From NCBI GenBank assembly GCA_043767805.1, contig JAYUGC010000058.1, positions 1-64,000 on the forward strand: a stretch of DNA of 64,000 nt, read 5' to 3'. Each line of letters starts with the position of its first letter. The first letter of the stretch is position 1. Under the pieces are notes generated by a model that was given only the letters and a program-made list of their open reading frames with translations, did no database searches and was not told the DNA's origin. Source of the DNA: Pseudomonadota bacterium. GTDB lineage: Bacteria; Bdellovibrionota; FAC87; UBA2466. Of this stretch, positions 37,637-46,119 are shown in pieces. A program made the position numbers and the translations under genes.

Positions 37637-39103
37637 TTAGCCTGCCTTGAAACGATAACGGGTGGCTCTGCCTTTGCCGGCTCGTTGCAGGCGCCCTTCG
37701 TGCATGGCGTCGGTAAGCGCGCGTCCGAGAGTGCGGTCGCTGACATCCAAGACTTTCGCCGCCTCTTTCAGGCCGAAATCGTCTTCGCCGAAAGTGGTGC
37801 TCGCGCGCTCGACCAATCCCACGGAGCGAGTCTCGGCGTTGGGCGCGAGATCCACGCGCAGCGGGCAGCGGGGACTGAGACGGTAACCGTCGTCCAAATG
37901 CTCGATACCGGCGCGAAACCTTTTTTTGGTGAGCGATCGTCTGAGCCGCATGACCAGCATGCGTACACGCGGCGGAGAGGTCAGCGGGTTGTAGAGCTCT
38001 TCCGGGTGAATGAGCTGAAAGAGAGTGGCGCCGCGAAACGGGCGAAAGAAATCAGACGCGAGCGCGCGCAGAAGCCGAAAGCGCGCATCCTCCGGAACGA
38101 GATCGGCGCCGAGGTCCATGGCGCCGGTGAGATCGAGAGTCGTCGCTTTCTCCTTGCCGCCCGGAAGGAGGTAGCTCGTCGGTGGGGCGCCCCGGTAACC
38201 GAAGTCCACCAGAAGCTTTTCCCGAAAGGGAGCAAAGGGAGTGCCGAAGAAAACCCGCCAGAGCCGGGCTTCGTCTTGGGTCGCAACCGCGAGATAGCCC
38301 GCGCAGTCGCGAACGGTTTCCCAGTGGCTCGCTTTTTCAGCGAGCGTCTGTACCTGCTCCAATTCGAGAATGGCTTTCTTGGGCTCCTTTTTTAACGCGA
38401 GCACCGCGCGCCATTTCTTTAAAAGCAGTTCGTCCCATTTGGCCCATTCCGCCGATTGCTTTTCAGCGAGACTCAACGCGCGCTCGGCTGCACTCGAGTC
38501 GCCGATGCTAATGGCCCACTGCGCGCGGAGCTTCAGTGCATGGCCCAAAAGCAAATGAAAATTCGTTTCGCGCGCCTTGCTCTCGAGAGAGGTCAAAACC
38601 TTGTCGGCCTCGCCGAAGCGAGAGACGAAGAGAAAGGCCGCCGCCAGGTTGGCTTGGGCCACGAGGCGCTGATAAGGATCCGCATTCGGGACTTCGAGAA
38701 AGCGCTCCAGAAGCGGAATGGTGGCCCCGTACTCCCAAAGGCTTACTAACGCGAAGGCTTGATAGAGTCCCGCCTCGGGCAATCCCACCACGGGCTTCGA
38801 GGTGAGTAGCTCCAGGGCCTCGCGAGGCGCGCCCAAGCGAGACAGATCAGCCGCGTACTCGGCGATTTCTTGCGGAGTGGCCTCGCTCTGCACTCGCTTG
38901 CCGAGCGGGCGGACCAGCGGGTGGAGCAAGGCGATTCCCAGATCGGGCATCTCCATCCGGCGGGCGAGGGCGGCGGCGGCAAGCCGATGCTCGCGTTTCA
39001 CGCGGCCTTTGCAAAAACGGCGCAGGCCTTCCTTGGCTTTCGCCGTGCGTCCTCGTTTGATCAAATCGTCGATGACGAAGAGCGGGATGGGGAGAGATTT
39101 CAT
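37637..39103 (-). CDS. TPR-like helical-repeat protein with C-terminal winged-helix/HTH domains (putative regulator)
   Basis: Helical repeats, then RMLVMRLRRSL...DDGYRL and AAKVLDVSDRTLGRAL...GKGRATRY. Confidence 0.7.
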   Translation of the reverse strand: MKSLPIPLFVIDDLIKRGRTAKAKEGLRRFCKGRVKREHRLAAAALARRMEMPDLGIALLHPLVRPLGKRVQSEATPQEIAEYAADLSRLGAPREALELLTSKPVVGLPEAGLYQAFALVSLWEYGATIPLLERFLEVPNADPYQRLVAQANLAAAFLFVSRFGEADKVLTSLESKARETNFHLLLGHALKLRAQWAISIGDSSAAERALSLAEKQSAEWAKWDELLLKKWRAVLALKKEPKKAILELEQVQTLAEKASHWETVRDCAGYLAVATQDEARLWRVFFGTPFAPFREKLLVDFGYRGAPPTSYLLPGGKEKATTLDLTGAMDLGADLVPEDARFRLLRALASDFFRPFRGATLFQLIHPEELYNPLTSPPRVRMLVMRLRRSLTKKRFRAGIEHLDDGYRLSPRCPLRVDLAPNAETRSVGLVERASTTFGEDDFGLKEAAKVLDVSDRTLGRALTDAMHEGRLQRAGKGRATRYRFKAG

Positions 39104-39199
39104 GGGTCAGTAGGAGATTACCACGCCTTCCGTAGTCTGAGCCATTCTCCTCTGCGCTGAAAATAGCCGTATTCTTCCAGTGGCCGGAGCCTGAGGTTC

Positions 39200-39215
39200 G
39201 GGCCTTGTTGTTGCA
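39200..39215 (+). promoter_or_regulatory. Sigma-54 -24/-12 motif
   Basis: GGGCCT-TGTTG-TTGCA. Confidence 0.45.
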
Positions 39216-39239
39216 TTCTCCTAGTGCCGGGGGATTTCG

Positions 39240-39926
39240 ATGCACAACGAAAGTAGAGGCGGCCGCGCCGTTTTTGGGGCCGGCTTACTAATCTGGGTGG
39301 GATGGATGGCTTGGCCGTCCTCCGCTCCCTTGCGCGAAAGAGCGTCGCTTCCGAAGGCTTTCACTTCGGGTGCGGCTCGAGTGGCGGCGCCGCAATTGGC
39401 CGCTGTCGGTGGGCTTCCCGGCCCGCGCGTGCGCGAGTATATGGCGGCTTTTGAAGGACCTGAGCAAACCGCCGACCGAGAAGCTTCCAATCGGGCGTCC
39501 CATGCCGAGGAAGCCGCGACGTACTTGAAAGAGGGAAATTTCTTTCACGCGACCGAAGCCTATTTGAAGATCCTAGCGACCGATGCGAATAGCGTCGTCG
39601 CCCTTCGTGGCCTTCAAGCGGTGAGAAGCGGAGCTACCTCGCCCGATACGAGCTTGGAGGGAGATCCCACCGTGCTTCGGCGCAATTTGCTAGATGAGCT
39701 TAGCCGAGAGGCGGAGGAGATGCAGAGCGCGGGCCGGTTTCAGGAAGCGGTGAATGCCGCGAATCTTTTCTTTCGCCTTCCGAACGAGGATGCCGCCGAG
39801 TCGGAACGCGTTCGCTCCATTCTCGTTGGCTCTCAGATGTCCTTGCAGCAGGACCGTGTCAGCGCCGTCCAAGAGCTCACCGGGAACGTGCCCGGTAAGC
39901 GCGAGCCCGCCGAGGAAATCGATTAA
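39240..39926 (+). CDS. Membrane-anchored TPR-like protein
   Basis: N-terminal TM segment; YLKEGNFFHATEAYLKILATD TPR-like motif. Confidence 0.6.
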   Translation: MHNESRGGRAVFGAGLLIWVGWMAWPSSAPLRERASLPKAFTSGAARVAAPQLAAVGGLPGPRVREYMAAFEGPEQTADREASNRASHAEEAATYLKEGNFFHATEAYLKILATDANSVVALRGLQAVRSGATSPDTSLEGDPTVLRRNLLDELSREAEEMQSAGRFQEAVNAANLFFRLPNEDAAESERVRSILVGSQMSLQQDRVSAVQELTGNVPGKREPAEEID

Positions 39927-40228
39927 CGATCGTACTCGTTTCTTTCGATGAGCCGCTCGCTAATCCGGCGCGGATTGCCCACCACCTGAAATTGATTTTC
40001 ATGATTGGCTCCTTCTTGCCCTAGTAAGCGAGAACCCAAGCGGCGGGTGGCTCACTTCTCTCTTTCAGGCTTGAGAAACTGTCTAATGTTTCGACAGTCG
40101 TGCGTAAGGCGGGGGGCGGGCGCCTTACGAGCTTAAAGCCTTGAAAGAACGAGCGGGAGATGGCCTCGCCGCGATTTGCCCGACTTAAGCGTAGCCGAGC
40201 ACTGTTGGTAAGCGCGAGCCTGCGGTCA

Positions 40229-40244
40229 CGGCACGCCTGTTGCT
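40229..40244 (+). promoter_or_regulatory. Sigma-54 -24/-12 motif
   Basis: CGGCAC-GCCTG-TTGCT. Confidence 0.65.
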
Positions 40245-40277
40245 CTAGTGACCCACGTAGTTTTCCGGGGGGTAACT

Positions 40278-40913
40278 TTGAATCGATGGATGGCTTTAGG
40301 TATTTGGGTTGGAGTTTGTGTGGCGCCTGGTCTGGCGCGGGCAGGATCGAATCAGGTCCTGATCCACGTGGAAGGCTCGGATCGCTTGAAGTTGCAAGGT
40401 TGGGTGACCGGCAAGGTCTCCGTCCTCAATCGCAACACCCACGAATCGAAAATCGAAGAGCGGCGTGAGTTCGTCGAGGTAAGTGTGGCGAAGCTCGCGG
40501 GATTCGACCGTTTTTCCTGCACCCAAAGCTCCGGCACCAACGCCGTGAACGCCGATTTCATGAAGACCCTCCGCGAAACGGTGGCTCGCCATCTCGAAGT
40601 GACGGGAAAGATCATCCCCGAGCTCTTGAGACAAGCTTTCATCAACCGCGTGACCGGCGACAACGACTGGGAGAGCGTGACTTGGGTGCACCCCGAGTTC
40701 GATTCCATTCTCGTGGAGTCTCCGAAGTGGGCTTACGAAGGTGAGCCTATCCGGGGTCTCGCGTCCGAAGGCGGTACGATCGATATGGAGTCTTTAGTGG
40801 ATCTCACGCTCGTGCAGACGGGCCGCTGCGACATGTCGGCGGCGGAGCTGGATCTTGCTGCGGTTCGCAACGAGACGACGAGCGCCGCGCGTCGCCTGGC
40901 GCGCATCCCCTAA
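40278..40913 (+). CDS. Secreted hypothetical protein
   Basis: Signal peptide ending ARA; TTG 40278 chosen because it follows the sigma-54 site and a G-rich RBS. Confidence 0.6.
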   Translation: MNRWMALGIWVGVCVAPGLARAGSNQVLIHVEGSDRLKLQGWVTGKVSVLNRNTHESKIEERREFVEVSVAKLAGFDRFSCTQSSGTNAVNADFMKTLRETVARHLEVTGKIIPELLRQAFINRVTGDNDWESVTWVHPEFDSILVESPKWAYEGEPIRGLASEGGTIDMESLVDLTLVQTGRCDMSAAELDLAAVRNETTSAARRLARIP

Positions 40914-40942
40914 AGGACGCGGCTCGGTTACAATAGGCGGAG

Positions 40943-41719
40943 ATGTCCCGCCGCGCCTTTCTCGTTCTTCTGCTGCTACTTCTCGTCGTTCCGGCGAAGG
41001 CCGCGGACTGCCCCTGGTACTACCGCATGATGGGCTCGCTCGGCATCTGGCAACCGCAAGCGGTGACCCTTTCCACCGGCATTCGCGTTGAGCCCATATT
41101 CGATCGTGGCTTCCATCGTCTCGATTCCATCAAAATCACCGACGAGTTCGGACATGAGGTGATATACGAGCGAACCAATCGATCTTTAAAACAGCTTTGC
41201 GACGAACAGTTCTATCCCCCTGAGTTCTTCTACACGGGTACTTTCGGAGGCAAGGTGCTCGACGTCGGGACCGGAAATGGCCAGCTCGTCTTCGATCTCA
41301 AGGCCAAGGACGCCGACGTTCAAGGACTCGACGTCTTTTTGACCCCAAAGCAAATCAAGAGTGGTTTGTTCCGCCAAGCCGACGTCCGCGACACGGGGTA
41401 CCCGACGGGCGAGTTCAAAGTGATCTTCGCGACGGAGACGATCTTGTCCTATTCCGATGCGGCCGGAGTCTCGCGAAAGGCGGATTACCATCGCCGAGTG
41501 CTCGGCGAGCTTCGCCGGATCTTGGTGGATGACGGGGTTCTTCGCGTCTCGACCGTGCCGTTACCGACGACGAACGATTCCCTCGGCAGGATCGTGGTAG
41601 ATGAGGTGTCCCTTCAGCGGCAATACGCCGGCACCGGAATGCGAGTTAAGTCCTACCAGAAACGAATCGAGCAAAGGGCGAGCGTGCGCGGCTGGATCGA
41701 ACTGGAGAAAGTGCCTTGA
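40943..41719 (+). CDS. Class I SAM methyltransferase with an N-terminal signal peptide
   Basis: MSRRAFLVLLLLLLVVPAKA; VLDVGTGNG, QGLD, LGELRRILVDDG. Confidence 0.75.
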   Translation: MSRRAFLVLLLLLLVVPAKAADCPWYYRMMGSLGIWQPQAVTLSTGIRVEPIFDRGFHRLDSIKITDEFGHEVIYERTNRSLKQLCDEQFYPPEFFYTGTFGGKVLDVGTGNGQLVFDLKAKDADVQGLDVFLTPKQIKSGLFRQADVRDTGYPTGEFKVIFATETILSYSDAAGVSRKADYHRRVLGELRRILVDDGVLRVSTVPLPTTNDSLGRIVVDEVSLQRQYAGTGMRVKSYQKRIEQRASVRGWIELEKVP

Positions 41720-41952
41720 AAGCCTGTCAAGGCTACCTGCCCTTTTTGGACGCGCTCCGCGGCCTCGCCCTTTTACTGGTGCTCGCTCGCCACACGCTCG
41801 ATCATTGTCTCGGAGCGTGGTTAGTCCAAAGTTATCCCATGGCGCTGGCGCTCGCCGGCCATTACGGCGTTCCGCTCTTCTTCATGGTAAGTCGTGGCGC
41901 TCCCAAAACTCGGCCACTTCTTTCAAGATACTTTCCGATACGAGCTCGCTAG
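41716..41952 (+). pseudogene. N-terminal fragment of an acyltransferase-3 (OafA-like) gene
   Basis: LDALRGLALLLVLARH and GVPLFFMVS motifs; similarity ends where the helicase 3' end begins. Confidence 0.7.
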
Positions 41953-44296
41953 CGCTCGCGTCGAACCAATCTTTCGGCATGGACTTCGTGTAGCTCGCCT
42001 GCAGGAAGCGGCTATCCATGAGTACGATGAGCCCGCGATCGGTTTCCGAGCGGATGACCCGGCCCGCGGCCTGAACCGCTTTGGCCATCGCGGGAAACGT
42101 ATAGGCGTACTCGAAGCCGCTTCCGTAGCGCTCCTGATAATACTCGCGCATGCCTTCCCGCTCGCGATCGAAACTCGGAAGGGGAGGGCCCACCACGAAC
42201 GCCCCGATGATGGTATCGCCCGGGTAGTCGACGCCTTCGGAAAAAACACCGCCCTGCACCGCGAATACTATGGTGGGGGCGCTTTGTCCTTTGAGGTGAT
42301 TGATGATCTCTTCCACGTCGGGCGCTCTCATCTCTCGCCGCTGGCGGATGACGGTGAATCCATCCGGCGCCTTGAACTGTTCGAGGGCCCGTTCCAAAAA
42401 CTCGAAGCTCGGGAAAAAAGCGAAGTAGTTGCCGTGCCGGAGCGCAATCAGGCGCTCGATGACGTCGGCGACTTTCGGATAATTGCGTTGCCGGTCCGAA
42501 TATTTCGTAGATATTTGCGGAATGATGAGGAGCTTTCGGCTCTCGCGCGAAAACGGCGACTGAAACTCGACGGTTTTCACGGTGGCCGGATCGAGCCCCG
42601 ACAGCTTCGCGTAGTAGTCGAAGGGCTTTAACGTTGCCGAGAAGCCGACCACTTGCTCGAACGAGTCGAAGCAAGGTTTCAACATCTCGGAGGCGTCACA
42701 GCAGGTGATGCGGACCGCGGCGCCGCCCGGCAGCTGCTGATAGGTGGTGAAAAACTCCGAGCGATCCCCGTCCGCGACGAACTCGAGCGCGGCCGTGAAA
42801 TCGGTCCAGTAGGAATGCATCCGCAGCACGACGTCTTTCGGATAAATTTCCGTGTCGGATTGCAGGTAGCGCGAAAGGAACTCGCGAAGATTCGCCTCTT
42901 GTTCGAGAAAGGGCTCGACCGGCGGGGTGATGGGCGTGGACTTCGCCTCTCCCTCGGGGCTGCAGCTCAAAATCGTCTGGCAACAAAGGTCGAGCAGCGC
43001 GCTCGCTTCCGCCCGAAACCGCGAAGGCAGCTCCGCCGCCGCGGGCCGCAGGCGCTCCAGCACGATGGTCGAAAGCGTCGGGGAAAAATAATCCATGCCC
43101 CGGCCGGATAGGTTGTGCGCCTCGTCGATGACGAGGTTCGGGCTCCCGGTCTGACTGAACCCGGACTCGCTCAACCTCGTGAACGACGAGCGCGGGGAGA
43201 AAACGTAATTGTAGTCGCAGATGACGACGTCCGCGTCTTTGGCGGCCTCGAGCTGCAATTCGAACGGGCACACTTGATACTCTTCGCCGAGCTTTCGGAA
43301 CACGCGAGAGGTGAGCTTGCGTTTCTTCGCCAATTTCTCGGGCAAATTGTTTTGATAGACCTTCGTGTAGTGGTCCTTGGCGTACTCGCAAAAGTCGGGA
43401 TTACAAAGCGGCTCGGCCTTGAAGCAAATCTTTCCCTTGGCGGTGATGGTGAGCGGGCGAATCTTCGCGCCCGTGTCTTGCAGCCGCTCCACCGCGTCTT
43501 CGGCGACCGAGTGCTGGCTATTTTTCGGCGTGACGTAAACGACGTTCTGCCCCCGATTCAAAGCCTCCCGCAAAGTGGGGTAGAGCACGCCCACGGTTTT
43601 CCCGAGACCGGTGGGCGCTTGAATGAGCATGCGCACCTTGGTCTCCATGCCTTTTTCGATGGAGTCGATGAGCTCCGTCTGGCCGGGGCGGGGCTTGGCG
43701 AAAGGAAACCGCATTTCCTTTGCGGCGCGAACCCGGCGTTTGGCGCGTGCTTCGGCGAGTCGCGCTTCTTCGACCAGCTCCGCGAGCCGCCGTTCCAGCC
43801 ACTCTTCGTAGGCCGCGACGTCGAGTTTGATAAACAAGTCCTTCGAGTCCCAGGTGCGGCTCGAAACGAGATGAAACGATAATTTGGGAACGACCTGTTT
43901 CTCCAGCCAGTAGAAGTAGCCGTAGGTCAGAAGCTGGAGGCAGTAAGGGTGGCTCTCCGGCTGGTCGTTTAGCTTTTCCGCCAAGTCCTGGAGGTTGAAG
44001 GCGCTCTTAATCTCTTCGATGCGCGCAGGATCTTCGTCGGTGGCGGTAAAGAGACCGTCCATTCTGCCGCCGATCTGAAATTTATATCCCTCACGCTCGA
44101 ACTCTTGCTTCATCCAGACTTCGGACTGGTAGCCGGGGTGGCTTTTGGTGCGGGAGTCCTGGATGCGGGCGTGGATTTCCTGCCCATCTTCGAGCGTTCG
44201 GCCGAACCCGCTATGGGACTCGATGCTACCCACCCGAGGCACGGGCAGGGCGAAGTCTCGGACGGCGATTTTGATCAGGGAGGGGGCTTTCGGCAC
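41882..44296 (-). CDS. Rad3/DinG-family ATP-dependent DNA helicase with Fe-S cluster and N-terminal PD-(D/E)XK-like nuclease domain
   Basis: APTGLGKT, C..CNPDFC..CPFE, DEAHN, SATL, EGVD, QAAGRVIR; GRMDG...EEIKS nuclease motif; start moved to GTG 44296. Confidence 0.9.
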   Translation of the reverse strand: MPKAPSLIKIAVRDFALPVPRVGSIESHSGFGRTLEDGQEIHARIQDSRTKSHPGYQSEVWMKQEFEREGYKFQIGGRMDGLFTATDEDPARIEEIKSAFNLQDLAEKLNDQPESHPYCLQLLTYGYFYWLEKQVVPKLSFHLVSSRTWDSKDLFIKLDVAAYEEWLERRLAELVEEARLAEARAKRRVRAAKEMRFPFAKPRPGQTELIDSIEKGMETKVRMLIQAPTGLGKTVGVLYPTLREALNRGQNVVYVTPKNSQHSVAEDAVERLQDTGAKIRPLTITAKGKICFKAEPLCNPDFCEYAKDHYTKVYQNNLPEKLAKKRKLTSRVFRKLGEEYQVCPFELQLEAAKDADVVICDYNYVFSPRSSFTRLSESGFSQTGSPNLVIDEAHNLSGRGMDYFSPTLSTIVLERLRPAAAELPSRFRAEASALLDLCCQTILSCSPEGEAKSTPITPPVEPFLEQEANLREFLSRYLQSDTEIYPKDVVLRMHSYWTDFTAALEFVADGDRSEFFTTYQQLPGGAAVRITCCDASEMLKPCFDSFEQVVGFSATLKPFDYYAKLSGLDPATVKTVEFQSPFSRESRKLLIIPQISTKYSDRQRNYPKVADVIERLIALRHGNYFAFFPSFEFLERALEQFKAPDGFTVIRQRREMRAPDVEEIINHLKGQSAPTIVFAVQGGVFSEGVDYPGDTIIGAFVVGPPLPSFDREREGMREYYQERYGSGFEYAYTFPAMAKAVQAAGRVIRSETDRGLIVLMDSRFLQASYTKSMPKDWFDASASELVSESILKEVAEFWERHDLP

Positions 44297-44656
44297 AGCT
44301 CCGCATCCTACCTGGTCGCCTCCTAAGGTCCAAGGTCCGATAGGGAGCGGGCGGAGCCCCGGTGTCTTTCGAAATGAGGCACGGGATTTTAATGAAACTC
44401 CTCGCGCCGCCATCCAAAACCTGGTCGATTATTTTCGGCGGACCACACGGAGAAGGAAAAAGAAACGGAATGGATTTCTAAAAATTTACGCTCGGCTCGT
44501 CGTGTCAAACGCTGGAGTGCAATAACTCTGTTCGTTAACCCAGCTAATGACAAGCTCAAGTTCAGAACGCGCTAACCAAAATTAAGGAAAATTATTTCTT
44601 TACGCTTTCCTGATGCACCCCTCTGCGTGGATAGTTATCTCCTGTTGGAGGGTTCA

Positions 44657-46024
44657 ATGAAAAAATGGTTCTTTATCTTTCTCTGGAGCGGTCTCGCTCT
44701 CGGCGACAATCCGTATTTCATCGAAGATCAACTCATCGTCCGGCTCGATCCGAACCAGGCGAAGTATGGCACGCGCAGCACGGTATTCACTCGGGCTGAT
44801 TTGGCGGGCGCGGAACTGCTCGTTCCTGAGTTGAATCTGTATCTCGTGAAAACGAAGGGCCAGGGTTACTCCGCCCTTCTGAAGACGGGTAGAGACATGA
44901 CCCAGCAGGGTGGCGTTTTGTACGTGCAACCCGACTATAAGGTGAAGCTCCGGGCCGCCGCTCCCGACGATCCGGGCTTTGCGAAACAATGGGCCTTGAA
45001 CGGCACGTCCAGCGGCGGCATTCACGCGCTGGAAGCTTGGGGCGTGCTCGCCGGCATGCGCCGCATTCAGGCGCGCGGCTCCGACGTCGTGGTCGCGGTC
45101 GTGGACGACGGCGTGGACATCAACCACCCCGATCTCAAGGAAAACATCTGGTACAACAAAGGCGAGATTCCTAATAACGGTAAAGACGATGACGGCAATG
45201 GTTACATCGACGACGTCGCTGGCTGGAATGCCTACGATGACAACGGTAAGATCAAGGTCGGCATGCACGGCACGCACGTGGCGGGCATCGTCGGCGCCAA
45301 AGGCAATAACCATCTGCACGTCGCTGGCGTGAACTGGGAAGCCAAGGTCATGGTCGTCAACGGGTCGAGCGGCACGACGTCCATCGTCGCCAAGGCCTAC
45401 GGGTACGTGCTCAAGCAAAAGAAGCTTTGGCTCGAGACCGGCGGCAAGCAGGGAGCCAACGTGGTCGCCACGAACTCCAGCTTCGGCGTCGACGGCGCGG
45501 ACTGTAAGAACGACGCTTATAAGGTGTGGAACGATCTCTACAACGCCATGGGCGAGCAGGGGATTCTCTCCGCCGTCGCGACCGCGAACGCCGCGGTCGA
45601 CGTCGACCGGGCGGGAGACGTCCCGAGCGGCTGCGAAAGCCCGTACCTCATCACGGTTACGAACACGACGAAGGACAGTCTCCGTCACCCGCAGTCGGGT
45701 TACGGCGCTCAATCCATCGACGTGGGCGCGCCGGGCACGGCGATCTACTCGACCACTCCCAACAACTCCTCGCAGGAGCTGACGGGAACGTCCATGGCGA
45801 CGCCTCACGTGTCGGGTTCCATCGGATTCCTCTACACGCTGACCAGCGGAAGTCCCGCCATGCAGAGAGCCCAGCAAGGAGCGCCCGCCAAGACGGCGCT
45901 CTGGATGAAGCAGGCGCTCATGGCGACGGTCGACAAGATCCCCGCGCTCAAGGGCATCACGGTCTCCGGAGGCCGGATCAACCTCTTCGAGGCGGCCAAA
46001 GCGGTCGCCAAGAAGGCGCAGTAG
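44657..46024 (+). CDS. Secreted subtilisin-like S8 serine protease
   Basis: VAVVDDG, HGTHVAG and GTSMATP catalytic motifs; signal peptide and propeptide. Confidence 0.95.
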   Translation: MKKWFFIFLWSGLALGDNPYFIEDQLIVRLDPNQAKYGTRSTVFTRADLAGAELLVPELNLYLVKTKGQGYSALLKTGRDMTQQGGVLYVQPDYKVKLRAAAPDDPGFAKQWALNGTSSGGIHALEAWGVLAGMRRIQARGSDVVVAVVDDGVDINHPDLKENIWYNKGEIPNNGKDDDGNGYIDDVAGWNAYDDNGKIKVGMHGTHVAGIVGAKGNNHLHVAGVNWEAKVMVVNGSSGTTSIVAKAYGYVLKQKKLWLETGGKQGANVVATNSSFGVDGADCKNDAYKVWNDLYNAMGEQGILSAVATANAAVDVDRAGDVPSGCESPYLITVTNTTKDSLRHPQSGYGAQSIDVGAPGTAIYSTTPNNSSQELTGTSMATPHVSGSIGFLYTLTSGSPAMQRAQQGAPAKTALWMKQALMATVDKIPALKGITVSGGRINLFEAAKAVAKKAQ

Positions 46025-46119
46025 GATCGGTTACGAACGACGCCCAAGTCTTTGAAATTATACGAGACTTGGGCGTCGTCGTGACTTGGGATTGGGGAAG
46101 GTGATATGGGTTCGCGTTC

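Noticed and set aside
39877..40002. 41-aa minus-strand ORF with an AAGGAG RBS
   Set aside because: Overlaps the 3' end of 39240..39926 and has no recognisable features; cannot be supported without homologs
41882..44296. Cas4-like nuclease + DinG helicase as a CRISPR or defence component
   Set aside because: No cas genes or array nearby; the architecture matches a widespread stand-alone repair helicase
44654..45877. 407-aa antisense ORF, and similar ones such as 54599..55813, 48037..49017, 30284..31348 and 62686..63624
   Set aside because: Shadow ORFs opposite well-supported genes, expected with high-GC codon bias; no motifs
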